A DNA stretch of 64,000 nucleotides from the human T2T-CHM13v2.0 reference genome, Homo sapiens. Location: the NCBI RefSeq assembly GCF_009914755.1, contig NC_060929.1. One strand, written 5' to 3'. Both the position numbers and the translations under genes were made by a program. The notes beneath the pieces were generated by a model, which was given only the letters and a program-made list of their open reading frames with translations, ran no database searches and was not told the origin of the DNA. Shown piece by piece: positions 26,401 to 39,403 of the stretch. How positions within the stretch are numbered: position 1 is the first letter of the stretch; every line of letters starts with the position of its first letter.

Positions 26401-29109
26401 AGTTTTTGGTGGTGGTGGTGGTGTGTGTGTGTGTATTTCACGTTGAAAATAATCTGAAAACTAACCTGTAATAACTATTTGTAGGCAGTTTTCAGGATAG
26501 GGTTACGTATGGGTATGCACATCAAAGTTTTATGATATTTGCTGAGGGGTACGTTATAACACTGACAAGTTTTAGTAAGTGACTTGTGGTGATTCTGCTA
26601 ATGGGTATAAAGAACTCTAGAAGAGTTTGGAATATTTTTCTGTCTCTTCTGATGCAGATAAGCAAATTGCTGAAAATGAGGAACATAAACCAAACCCACT
26701 TATCCACTCTCATTCCTGCATGTTCAATGATTTGCCTCACAGGTCAAATATTTACTCAGTTGACAATCCAGATTTAAAGAAAATTGACAAAAAGAAACAA
26801 GTTCCAAGTCGCCCACCTCCATTGCCAGCACATGGTGCTATTTAGTAACGCTTGGCTCCATGAACCACACAGAGAAAAGCCTCCATGTTGGCTTTATTCT
26901 GCTTTGTTAACAGCCCCAAACAACACTGAGCAGTGGGTGATACAGCAATCTTCACCCCTTGTCACCAGTAAGAAAGCTGGAGTTTCAATCTTCTGTCTTT
27001 CGTGAAGCACCTGTCTTTTTTTTTTTTTATTGTCAAATTGGTCTTCTCCCCTTCCCTCTCTTACTGTTTCACTCTGTATTTGGAGACTTTTAAATCAAAA
27101 ACAGGAAAGGAAATCAATTTGAGACTCTGATTTGATGTTTGTGCTATTAGTCAATTTCCTATATTGTATATGTGTAGTTAAATTTGCTATTTTATATTGT
27201 GTTCTATTGTCTATGGATAAGGAATTTCTATTGAACTATGGATGAAAACTAAATACAGCTTCTCAGAGTTTACAAATTTTATTAAACCAAAGAAATTGAC
27301 TCCAGAAGCCTAGGAAAGACTAAACATTTTACAAATTATTTACAAAAATTTCTCCACAGTTTTTTGAAAATACTTCCTTTGTTCCTGATTTTAACACATA
27401 AAATAATGCATAATAACATCAAAGGTCTAGATTTAATATTGCTTTTGAAGAATTGTAAAAAGAGTTCCAAGTCTGTTAATGATAATTAAGGATGAAATTG
27501 AGATTCTTTTTTCCAGGGCCACAAACCTCACTCATTGGAATCTCAATTTTACCTGGTCAAGTCAACTTAAGCTATTACAAGTAAATGTCATCTACCAGCC
27601 TGATGTATATTTCTGAAAAGTTTTTAATTAAGCTCATCTGTTATGCTTCAGATCAAAAGAATTGTCATTGAAGATATATGAGTCCTGAAATGAGTTTCTC
27701 TTGAGTAGTTCTTGAGTATTTTGTAGGCTTGAATGCAGCGCAAATATATAGGGCTACTATCTGCTCAATAACAAAGAATGCTTAGGTCCTCCCAGATCAT
27801 AGACCAAATATCTAACCTTTCCTAAAGTCATTTATTTCATTTCAACCTCCACTAAATCATAATTTGAGTTACAGCTATGTCTGCTCTTACCTGCTTACCA
27901 AAACTTTCTGACAATTCTAAGCCTTACAAGCTTCTCTCTATTCTTGTTTAAATTTATATTGCACATATTCTTATGACACACAATTTGGCAAATTTGATAC
28001 TCTTTGTTTTCTGGATTGCTTCTTAGTATCTTGAAAACACTGCTTCTTTTGGGAACAGGAGCCATGACTTTGGTTTGTATGGTACCCTTAGAACTCTAGC
28101 ATAGTGCTAGTATCTAAAAAAAAAAGAAAAAAAAACTTAATATAAGGTCTGACCATTTGATGGTAGAATAGTGATTAAAGAAATAGTGACTCAGTTTTTG
28201 GATCATGTTCCAAATATTATTTAAAACATTTAATTTGAGTAATTAAGTTATATATATTACCTTCTGACTATCATGTGAACCTCGTATTAAATTTCTACTT
28301 TTGTGAATAGTGCAGAAGAGGCTGTGGGAAAATGGGTTTGTGGTTAGTTGCTGTGAGAAAGGTTTATTATTTTCATATAATAAAATGCACTTTTCCAATG
28401 AACACAGACTTGAAAAACAACTTCCAAAAAAAATGTTTTCATGAAACTGTTTTATCCCCCAAGAGAAGCAATGTTCAACTAGAAACTCTTACGTCATACT
28501 TGGTCCCTATAGCTGCACTTCACCTAAATACATTTACTTGCCTCCTTCAGTTGGATAAAGCTGAACTCATAGTCTGAAGAAAACTGCATAATTTAAGTGT
28601 ATAATTCTCTTTCAGCTTATATGTTGGCATTTCACATTACAAATATGAAAATGTTTTCAAGACACTTTTAAAAAGTATTCTTGATAGTTGAAAGAAACAC
28701 ACTGCCCACTTTCACTTATATGACTGCTCCCCAAAGTATTGTAGATGCATGCAGTTCTATAGTAAATTTAGGAAAAGTCAAGAGGCTAACTTGACTAATT
28801 TACTTGAATTTATATACTGATTTGGGGAGTCTGTGTATTATACATTTTAAGTAAGCTCTAATTTTAACTGTTCCATTTATAATATCTGGATTAAATATTT
28901 TTTGGCACATTTTTATTTAATGGATATTTTTCTAGCCAAGGTACATGAGGGTATGGTCTATACTTATGTTTCTACATATGTATCCTCTGTGCTTAAAAGT
29001 TACTTGCAAATAAAGGTGCTATTATATTTGTTAAAAAATAATGAACAGATAATAAAAAAGATATAATACATTTTCTATGGCTTGTACTTTACAAATTAGA
29101 ATCTCTCAG

Positions 29110-30620
29110 AAAATGTTTAGTACCAGTCATGATAGACTAACAAATATTAGACATAGCCTCCCGCTGTAACTAACTACAACAGCTAGACAAAATATTGTTA
29201 ACAATTCCTTGCAGGTATCAGCACACAACACAGGGAAGCATTCATTCTCCTTTGCTGTTTCCTTAAGGACATTTTCAAAACCATAATTCATGGAAACAGA
29301 GCCCAATCAGAGATTAGCATGTGGAAAAATATGTGTGCAGGGGTTACAGAAGTTATTGGGATTTGGAGGTAGAGTGCTGAGAATAAATATATAGGGAAGG
29401 AACATCGACAATCTGAATGAAAGCTCACTTTGAATCCTGGACCAACTTCTAAATTGTTAACACGCAAAGCATATCTCTGGAAGTCTTAGCAGAGAATAGT
29501 GCTGAGAGGCTAAAAGCAGAAAAATGCCTCAGAGTGTTGGGGAGACACTGAAGTTCCAACCCAATCAAAGTAGAGAAATCTCTGTGAACACTACTGGCTT
29601 TAAGATGAGACTCCAGAAAGACCATGCCCTGAGCATAAGGTTAACACCTTGAGATAACGTCTGTACCCTCCAATAAGAACAAAGCTCATATGGAACCACC
29701 CTAATGAAACCTAACACCAAGCCTATGACAGAAGCAGAATAAAGTACTAATAATCAGAAATGATCCAGGTTTGGAGTAAGTCAACAAGGGCCTTAAGATA
29801 ACTATGAAAGAGTAAATGGTACATTAAAAATGGAGGAATGCAAAGGAGAGCATAACCCACTCAACCACCAACACCCCCCCACACACAATCAAACATTTAG
29901 AAATGTAATATGCAATATGTAAATTTAAGACCTCAATAGATGAATTTAACTGCAGCCTACACAGAGTAGGAAGTAGGATTAGTAATTTCTAAGACAGGCT
30001 AATAGAAAATATTCAATCAAATTTCTGCCAAAAAGCAGAAAAAGAGTAAAAATTTGAGGTAAAAATTTGAGGAAAAGATTTGAGTAAAAGATTTGAGTAA
30101 AAGAGTAAAAGATTTGAGGAAAGATAGGTAACATAGTTAAAATATCTAATATGTATGTCTAAAACTGAAAAATGTAAAGAAATTATGAAACGCATGCAGA
30201 TTAAAATGGTATGTACAAGGACATTCATAGCAGCTTTACTCAAAATATCCCTAAACTGTGAAACATATAAGTTTATCTACATACAATGGATACACAAAAT
30301 ATGGAAAATTCATAAGTAGGAATACTATTAAGCTGTAGCAAAGAATAGACCACTGATACTCAAAACAATATTGTTTAATCTCAAAAACATTATCTTCAAC
30401 AAAAGTAGTTAGACTCAAAAACTTGATATTTTATAATTTGGTTTACAAAAAGTTCAAAATCAGTATAAACTAATCTCTGTTTATGGAAGTTAGAACAATA
30501 GTTACTTCTGAGGAGTACTGACCGGGAAAGGGCACTAGGAAAATATCTAAGGGGATGTAAACATTTAGATTTTTATTTGAAGTATGTGACTTAAGTGTAT
30601 TATACTTTTGTTTTTAAAAT
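29110..30620 (+). mobile_element. Old L1M pieces (5' region/ORF1-like, then 3'UTR)
   Basis: CTCAATAGATGAATTTAAC..GATTAGTAA..AAGACAG ORF1-like; ATGTACAAGGACATTCATAGCAGCTTTA 3'UTR-like. Confidence 0.55.
30041..30124. repeat. Short tandem repeat, ~13-bp unit GAG(T/G)AAAAGATTT
   Basis: about 6 degenerate units read directly. Confidence 0.8.
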
Positions 30621-31317
30621 GCATATTATTAAAAAGTCTCTGTGGGTAAAGAAGTAAATTCAATATCATTTAGTATATTCACAGTTTAATGGATATTTGT
30701 TTTCCAGCAATATTCCATTTTCTAAGGTCATTTTGCAGGAATAATTTGTAGAGGAGCTTCATCTTTACCTGGGAAGGAGAATCTTTACATTCCAGCTCCA
30801 AGCTTCATAAGTGACTAACTGAAAAACACAGTTACTGAATGGTGTCCTCTAGAGGTCTAATATCTAGTGGGGGGAGGGAAAAAAAAGAAACTACAAAAAT
30901 AAGTGAGAAAATCACTCTGTCATAGGTAGTAAGAGAAATGAGTAGGGTGGTATGAGAGAAAGAGTGAACTACTTAAGATGGGGTTGTTAATGAATGGCTC
31001 TCTGCGAGTTTAAAATATGAGACTGGAAAAAAATTGAAAAAGAAGTTATATGCTGAATTGTATAATGGTTTGTGAAAGGAACATGAGGACTCTACCTTAT
31101 GTAATATACTTACTCCACTGGCTTGCCATGAAATCAACCTTCTTAATACTAGAAGGCTTAAATTGTCCCTATGTCCTCTTCTATTACTCCCTTCCCTTCT
31201 TCATTTACTCACTTATTTGGTCTTTCATTAGAAATTTAGATATGGAATGTCTACCACAGGCATCAGGTGAAGCCAATGAAGCTCCAATTCTAACTCAGTT
31301 GATTCTGACACAGGAAA

Positions 31318-31651
31318 TATGTCAGTCACTTTGGACTGCTATAAGAGAATATCACAGACTGGGTGGCTTAAACAAGAAACATTTATTTCTCACAGTTCTG
31401 GAGGCTGGAAGTCTATGATATCAGGGTGCAGGCATGGTCAAGTTCTGGTAAGGGCCCTCTTCCTGGTTAAGTCCTCCTCTTTTCATAAAGACATTCGTTA
31501 ATTCTGCCAGGAGGGCCTCACCCTCGTGGCCTAATCTAATACTAATTACCTACCAAAGGTCCCACCTCCAAATGCCATCACACTGAGGATTCGGTTTTTG
31601 ACATATGAATTTGGGGGTGGGGGGTGGTGCATCCACATTTAGCCCACAGCA
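31318..31651 (-). mobile_element. MaLR LTR (MLT1A-like)
   Basis: CAGACTGGGTGGCTTAAACAA..ATTTATTTCTCACAGTTCTGGAGGCTGGAAGTC..CCCACCTCCAAAT..CATATGAATTTGGGG. Confidence 0.88.
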
Positions 31652-32652
31652 GAGGGCTTTCACACACTCTGAGAAAAAGTGAGCTATATGTTTTTTTTAC
31701 GTAATAATGCTATAGCAAGATTTCCAAACACTTCTCATTCATTTTGGTTTATGAGACACCTAAGTTTGTAAGGTATTTCTTTACAGAATTCAACTTTGTT
31801 TTTATTTTATCAGTACAACTCTCAGGATCATAACCTTATTTAAAATATTGGATATATGATCACTGTCTCTCCCTTGTTCTCATTCTATTTTCCAAACAAA
31901 CACTTAAAATATTTTTACCTGAAGAAATACACCTCACATTTAACGTAAATTGCCAAAGGTCCATGTCAGAACTTAGGTTTGACGAGCATTTTTTTCTTTT
32001 CTCTTCCCCGATCCAAATACTGCCTATTCTTCAGAACTTTACATTTTCAAATATGAAGTACATTTTAAGAAACAGTGATGATAATTTTTCTATTATGGCC
32101 TAAAATTATATTTTAAGCTATTCCTATAGCATTGGAAAAATCATATTATATTCGATTTGAGTGACACCATAGATTACTCCATCCAACACACACACATTTG
32201 AAAACAGGAAAAATTTAAAAAATGTTTCAAGAAACACAGCAAATTAATGACACACTACATTAAAGAGCTGTATCTCTAATTCATCATATAGAGTTCTACA
32301 TATCCAATCACATTTACCAAGAACAGCTCCAATTCAATATACAAGCAAATGTTTCCTGATATTGCTAGTTTATTTTGTTTTTTTTTTACTTGTCCTATAT
32401 TATGTCTTAACCTAGATTGTAGATTCTGTCATGACAAATAGCATGGCTTAAACTTCCTTTTTAATCCCCCTTAGAAGCTACATGCATAGGACATTACACA
32501 TAGAGATGCTGAAGGTAGTCAGTGCATTTCTCATTTATTTTTCCATTGGCACAATGTATAACCATGTGCATAAAACAGTTAATTCACGTATTTAGAAAGG
32601 ACAGAGAGGGGAAAAATGACCTGGGGAAAAACAACCACAACAAGCCAAGCAG

Positions 32653-32666
32653 GTCACCATGGTAAC
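32653..32666. promoter_or_regulatory. Candidate RFX X-box
   Basis: GTCACCATGGTAAC is one mismatch from the palindromic GTTRCCATGGYAAC. Confidence 0.45.
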
Positions 32667-32721
32667 GCAAGATTCCAAATTGTCATTCTCCTAGTTTCTG
32701 ACATTTCTCGTGTTCAGGATA

Positions 32722-32742
32722 CATGGCACCATCTAGTGGTTG
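32722..32742 (-). promoter_or_regulatory. Candidate CTCF site
   Basis: minus strand CCACTAGATGGTGCCA vs core CCACYAGRKGGCR, one mismatch at a CpG-decay position. Confidence 0.5.
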
Positions 32743-32809
32743 CATTCACATTCCAAATGTTCCACTTCTTTCCAAGCTGAAGTTAGCTCTGAACAAACAA
32801 GCAACAACT

Positions 32810-32833
32810 CTATCTATCTATCATCTATCTATC

Positions 32834-32878
<45 letters not shown>

Positions 32879-32892
32879 ACTATCTATCTATC
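32810..32892. repeat. (TATC)n microsatellite
   Basis: direct reading. Confidence 0.96.
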
Positions 32893-33730
32893 CACACACA
32901 CATATATATGTGTGCTATATACATATTTAGGGTACACCGTTGCAGTTGTGAAATAGAATCAGAGTTTGCTTTTCAAAATGTGTAGTTCAAAGATTACAAA
33001 TCTTTGTAATTTGTTTAGTGAAATACTGCTTGTTTCTTCATTTAAAAAACATGTATTCTGTGTATCTTTGCTGAGGTGAGAAGGTAGATTGGTCTAATAC
33101 CTATATTTCTAAGATCACTAACTCAAATGATTTTTAAAATAAAAATGAGGTATTTTTACAAAATGAAAAAATACTAACAACGTTGGACTCAGGATGAAGA
33201 GTCCCAGAGAACTAGTCCCAAATTTATAATTGAAATGTTTACTTAAAATATGAGCTTAATTATTTTCATATATTTAACAAATAAATTTGGGGGTAGTTAT
33301 TAGTGATAGAGTGAATTAATATGCTATGAAATCTAATTTAAAAAATCGACTTGCTTAGCACTTTTTAAAGCTGTAATTAATTTAGTTCTACAATCTATTT
33401 CAATCTAGTTCAACAGAGAACATAAAAAATAATAATGACACCATGTCATTCTAGAAAGAGCTGAACTACAATAAATATGTTATATCTATTAGTCAATCAG
33501 CCATAGCAATCCTGATGTCTTTGATAATATTATTTTAAAAATTAGAAATTGTAAAATGCCGTCTTTCAGGCCATGCTAAGAATTTTATTTAAAAATCATA
33601 CGATTTAACAGTGATAAAACCCAGGGAGGGTAAGTACTATTGTTATATCGTATTCCACATATATTAGAGTACAATATTACATTATTAATATGTATGTTAC
33701 ATATATCTATATCTATATTCTATATATAGG

Positions 33731-33731
33731 G

Positions 33732-33777
<46 letters not shown>
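33731..33777. repeat. (GT)n(AT)n microsatellite within MIR-like remnants
   Basis: direct reading. Confidence 0.93.
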
Positions 33778-34059
33778 GGAAATGTAAGTCCCAGAAAGAT
33801 CAGAAAACTTTTACAAGGTCACATGTATGATACATTCATTCAGGAATAAATTATTATTGGGAAATTACTGTGCACCAGTATTTTTACAGAACTGAGAATA
33901 TAGTAGTGATCAAGATACAAAAGGTGCTTGTACTGATGAAGCTTACTTAATGATTTCAGTGGAGATAAAAAAAGGAAATATACTATAGGCTTTGAAATAC
34001 ACCAACACAGAAATAACAAATGGTGATAAGATCTGTATGAAGAATTAAAACATGCTAAT

Positions 34060-34558
34060 TGAAATTTTAACATATCATTAAGCACAGCATTAAAATATGA
34101 AACTCTTAGAAATAATTTAATAAAGTATGTGTAAGACCTGTACATTCAGAACCATGACAGCACTGAACTTTAAATTATAAGACCTAAATAAATGAAGATA
34201 TATACCATCCTCCTGGATCAGAATACTCAGTATTGCTAAGATGTCAATTCCACCCAACTTGATTTATCTATTTAATAAAATTCCAATCAAAAACCCCAAA
34301 ATGGTTTTCATAAAAATTTACAAGCTGAATGAAATATATATAGGGAAGTCTAAAGGGTCTAGAATAGCGAAAATAAATTTAGAAAATAAGTACTAAAATG
34401 AAGACACACAATATGTGCTTTTGAAACTCACTATTAAAGTATATTACTAAAGAAAAGATAAACATATAGAGCAATGAACAGAACACAGAATCTAGAAATA
34501 GACGTGCACATATGTGGATAATTGTTTCTTCACAATGGTAGCAAGGTAATTCAGTGGT

Positions 34559-34613
<55 letters not shown>

Positions 34614-35045
34614 AAGATATGAGTTCACATATCCTTATGGGAAATAATGTATCTGGGCAATTTTCACATACCATGCACAAATTTTAACATGAAATGGAAT
34701 ATATGACATATTGGCAGATTCTTTCAAAGCTACATATATATTTAATCAAACTTGTGTCACGTGAGAATGACTAAAATGTTCATAGCAATTTTAATCATAA
34801 TAGCCCAAAACAGAAAACAAGTAAAATGACCACCACTTCGTGAATGAACAAACAAATTCGTGGTATATTCAAACAATAAATGAAAAGCAACAAAATAAAA
34901 TGTACCCCAGCTTTATTTCCACATGATAGATGAATATCTAAAAAATAATAATGTATAAAAGAAGCTAGACACAAATGACAACATACGGTATGAGTTCATA
35001 TATTTGAAGGCAGATCAGTGATTGCCACGAGCTCAAGGTAGGGGA
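34060..35045 (+). mobile_element. L1ME-like ORF2 end and 3'UTR, left part
   Basis: AGACCTAAATAAATGAAGA..AAGATGTCAATT..; ends GGCAGATCAGTGATTGCC and resumes near 39720. Confidence 0.75.
34562..34611. repeat. Pure (AT)25 microsatellite
   Basis: direct reading. Confidence 0.97.
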
Positions 35046-35059
35046 AGTTTTAAAAACTA

Positions 35060-35810
35060 TATTATTTATTTTTTTATTATTTAGATTTTAAATGGAAAAT
35101 AAATATATTTATGAAGTACAATGTGATGTTTTAATATGGGCATGCTTTGCGCAATAATTAAATGAAGCTAATTAACATATCTATGACCTCACATACATAT
35201 CATTTCTTTGTTGTGAGAATACTTAAAATCTATTCTTTAGCAATTTTGAAATTTATAATACATTATTATTAATTACAGTCATACTATACAGTAGAGCTCT
35301 AAAAAGTTATTCCTCTTGTTTAACTGAAATTTTTTACCCTTTAACCAACATTCTGTATTCTTTTTCTATGAATTTGACTATTCTGGATACTTCATATAAG
35401 TGAGGTTATACAGTAGTCTTTCTGCTCCTGGCTTATTTCACTTAGGATAATGTCCTCCAAGTTTATGCATGTTTTCAAAAATGGCAGAATTCTTTTTTTA
35501 ATGGCTTAATGATATTCTTATGTGTGTATATATATATATATATTTTTAATCCACTAATCCCTTTATGGACACTTAGGTTGACTCCACATATTGACTATTG
35601 TGACTAATGCTTCAATGAACATGCGAGTGCAAATATCTCTTTGAGATAATGATTTTATTTACCTTAGATATATATCCAGAAATGGGATTGCTGGATTACA
35701 TGGTAATTCTGTTTTGAATTTATTGAAGAACCTTTATGCTGTTTGCCATAATGGCTGTACTAATTTACATTTCCACCAACAGCACGCAAGGGTTCCCTTT
35801 TCTTTACAAT
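35060..35810 (-). mobile_element. L1MA (L1MA8/9-like) 3' end, left part
   Basis: GTACAATGTGATGTTTT..AAGCTAATTAACATATC..ACTTAAAATCTATTC..CATAATGGCTGTACTAATTTACATTTCCACCAACAG. Confidence 0.85.
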
Positions 35811-36241
35811 TGTTGAAGCAAACTAAATACAGCCTGAGAAAGACTCTATACCGCCGTATTAGAGTCCTTGTGGATGAACTGTAACCTAGTTTAATAGGCA
35901 GACAAGATTGACAATTTAACTTAGGAGTATGCGCCTGTAACAATAGCTGAGTCTTGGTCAATCCCAGCGGCCATACTTCAACCACTCATAGACTGCCAAG
36001 TGTTTAAACTGTTTTCAAATAAGGCAAATGCCAACCTGTAACCAATCCAGTCATTTCTGTACCTCACTTCTGATTTCTGTACATCACTTTCCTTTCCTTG
36101 TCTATACATTTGTTCTGACCATGAGGCATCCCTGGAGTCTCTCTGAATCTGCTGTGATTCTGGGAGCTGCCCAATTCATGAATCATTCATTGCTCAATTA
36201 AACTATTTTACATTTAATTTGGCTGAAGTTTTCTTTTAACA
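35811..36241 (+). mobile_element. MER57-family ERV1 5' LTR
   Basis: TG..CA bounded; TGTTGAAGCAAACTAAATA..GAGTCCTTGTGGATGAACTG..GGAGTCTCTCTGAATCTGCTGTGATTCTGGG..GGCTGAAGTTTTCTTTTAACA. Confidence 0.9.
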
Positions 36242-39200
36242 GATGATGTCAGAAACGGGGTCTGAAGTAGACCTTCTAAAGACCTCCAGGAGCACCGAGT
36301 GAACAAGCAAGGAAACTGCTAGACCCACTTGTGTTGTTTGATGTCTCAGAGCAGCTAGGGATCATGGGAAGTTGTTCTCGAATTTCAGAGCTCCAAGAAT
36401 TTGTGTTTTGAGCTCTCCAAGTTTTTTTGAGCAAATTTCTGTTCCAAACTGGATTTGGAAGTTGTGACAGAAAGTGGACTGTGTCCAAGATGAGATTTGA
36501 TCCTGTAATTAACTGTCTTAGATCCAGTTAGAGGCCTCCTTCATCTGACTGGGTTTGAAATAAACTGATAGTAAACGGTAATATTGCAGGGGATATAAAT
36601 TTGGCTTTTAGAAATTTACGGGGATTTTTGTATTCTACCCCTTTGTTTCATTTCTCTTGCCCGCTTACCTAGAAAAAAAATCACTGGTTAAGTTCATCAA
36701 GGAAACGTGAAAGCAAAGCCAATATTTTAGGTAAAAATGGGATCCTTAATTTCTGGAAAACTGAGTTCCTTCCAGCTTATATACATTAGGCCAGGGAAGT
36801 AGCAAAGTCTAACAGAAATAGTGAAATGTTACTAAACAAGGTAACTTACAGTGGAACATTCCAAATGAACAACAACACACTGAAGTGCATAAAAAAAAAA
36901 AAAGAAAGAAGGAAAGAAAAACTTGTCTTTTGTATTGCGGCTTTGCCTTCATGGCTATGGTATGGTGAACTGGGTCACTAGGGCTGCTCAGGGAAAGGGA
37001 ACCGGGAAAGCCTGGTATGCTGACAAAAGGGTAAGAATTTCTTACCAGTCAGACTTCTGGCCTCTCCCTCTCTGTGCAAACCTGTTGAACAAATGGTAAA
37101 AATCACTGTTTATCTCCTCTGTAAAGTTTTGATTAATAAGAAAAAGAATTCTGAGGCCAGTCTTAAGCTCTAGCAAATCTGGTGTATTTTGTGCTATGAA
37201 TTTGTTTTTCTGTGTTGAGGGGTACCTTAGGAATAGAACATGGATTTAGGACCCCATAAGCTTGGGGCTCAAGAAGTCCCAGCAATCTGGTCAGTAACAA
37301 ACTTTGATATAGGTCCCTGAAACAAACAAATAAACAAACAAACTGGATGAGATGTCCATCTTGCTTTATGTCCTTGGGAGCTTGACCTTGTAACCATGTG
37401 GTGGCACTTTCTTGTGGTCTCCGCCTTCCAGGGAACAGGAATTTTAGGGTTCATGCCAGAGTTAGCTCTAAAAATTATCTTGAATAGGTAAAAGCCTTTT
37501 CAAGCTCAAAATTAACTACTCTAGACTCCTTCTGGGAAGGGAAATGAAGACTGCCCAGTGCTGTAGCTCAGTAGCTAAACTTTTGCCTTTTCACAGTGGC
37601 CATCCAGGTACAATTCAACTACTGGCTTAAGGAATGAGTCTTTTCTGGTTTGATATCTGTGTGACCTTTACAATTGGTTGATTCTCTTCCCCTCCTCGAA
37701 CTCTCTTGAATTTTCCTTTCTCTGAGCACCTGGGAGGTTACCTTTGGTAAAGTTCAAAAGCCAGTAATATTGGCTGCTTGGCATGGCGAAAGTCAGGTAA
37801 TAGGAGATTTAAAAGGATTTTTTAAAGAGAACTATGGTTAAAAGTCAGCTTAATTAAAAGTGGATATCCAAGCTATACAAATATTTAAAAGGCCTTTATG
37901 TCTTTTTTCCCCTTCTTGAATCTTGTTAGGAAAAAATGTTTTTTTCTTATCAGTCCACTGAATTATTTCTATCCATTTTGTCTTGCCAGTCTTCATGCAC
38001 ACATGAGAGGACCTAAGATAACTTCTGATAGCCTAGGACTCCTTGGGAAAAACAGAGGAGGCACCGCAGAACCTGTCTACAAACAAACAAACAAACAAAA
38101 ACCAGTCTGTTTTCTTCATGAAACCCCAGGAATTAAAAGCAGATAGATCCCTTTAAAAATCTAAGGCTTTGTTCTGTTTTGCATTGTGTTATCTGATGGT
38201 TTTGTGAAGTAATCAAAATTACTTCACATTATGAGAGAGCTTTGATGTGTAATAACTAGGTAGGAAATGTACTTTTAGTGATGGCTGGTGGCAGTTATGG
38301 GGAAATACTAGTTCTTTGCATGTTTGGATTAGAGAAGCATGCTCTTGGACACCTGGACATTATGGAAATGTCCCCACTCCACAATGAGGGAGAAGACTCC
38401 CATGGGGATGGGCTGATTCCCTCTTTCTGGGATCCAGGATCTGGTACAAAAATGGGACCTTTGATTTTTGGAGATCTGTTTTGCCTTCCAGCTGTGCCTG
38501 CTTGTTAGGCCCTAGAAACTGAATGTTTTCCTAGCCATTTCTTCTCCAGACTGCACCCTAAGGTCAGTAATCCAATTAAGAAACTTAGAAACTGGTAAAT
38601 GAAATATCTTACAACTACTGGACCTTCTTCTGTCTGTATATTTATATGTGTTTTGGTGTGTGATGTTTATATAAAAGAGCTCTAATTAATTGGCTTAAAG
38701 AAAAATAACTGCTTAAATCAAATATATTGAAAGAAAAATTAATACTGTAATGTTCTATAGCTCACATAACTTTAGTAATCTTTGGAACAAATCTGATTCT
38801 TAGATACACAAGTGTACTTATTTAGTAATAATTCATCAAACATTCCATAAATGTTTTCTGCCTATATTGCTGTATGCATGTTATACATCAGTAAAAATTT
38901 AAAGAGTACATATTTGCAAAAAAATATAATAAAATAAAATAGTTTTAAAGATTATTAGCAAAATAAAAACATTTGGTCTAAATTATGCAGGCCAGATATT
39001 AGGTTTGCTAATTGCTTTAAGGTCATAAACTGCTTCTTTGACTTTTAAAAATTGTTCAATTTATTCTGGAGCGTTAGATTCTAAAGAAAGTCTGGGGACA
39101 TGTGGAATTAGTCATGTGCCCTAGCTATGCAAAGAAGGTTATAAATAAAAGAGATTTTATATAAGAGGGAATCTTGTATGGCAAATTCATGTCCTAAAGT

Positions 39201-39403
39201 AAAATAACTGGTTGTTTAAAAAGAGGGATGTTTAGGACAAGTCAGAAAGTCCAAGCATGTCATGTCTGTGGAAGTCATGAGAGAATTCATGAAAGGAAAT
39301 GTATGCACTGAAAGTAAATGTTGCTCAGAGTTACCATTGTAACATGTAATTGAAACTACTGAAAACATAATTTTACGTGCAAGGTGTGTGAGGAAGGTGT
39401 GTG
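36242..39403 (+). mobile_element. MER57-int internal region (non-coding, 3' part deleted)
   Basis: degenerate tRNA-Leu-type PBS TGATGTCAGAAACGGGG directly after the LTR; MER4-group leader motifs such as AAAAGGGTAAGAATTTCTTACCAGTCAG. Confidence 0.85.

Noticed and set aside
30041-30124. Repeated GAGTAAAAGATTT units as a possible array
   Set aside because: Head-to-tail degenerate slippage repeat without spacers, inside an L1M relic
36242-39403. Coding gag/pol/env in the MER57 provirus
   Set aside because: Only short ORFs with no retroviral motifs; leader-like sequence followed by a deletion
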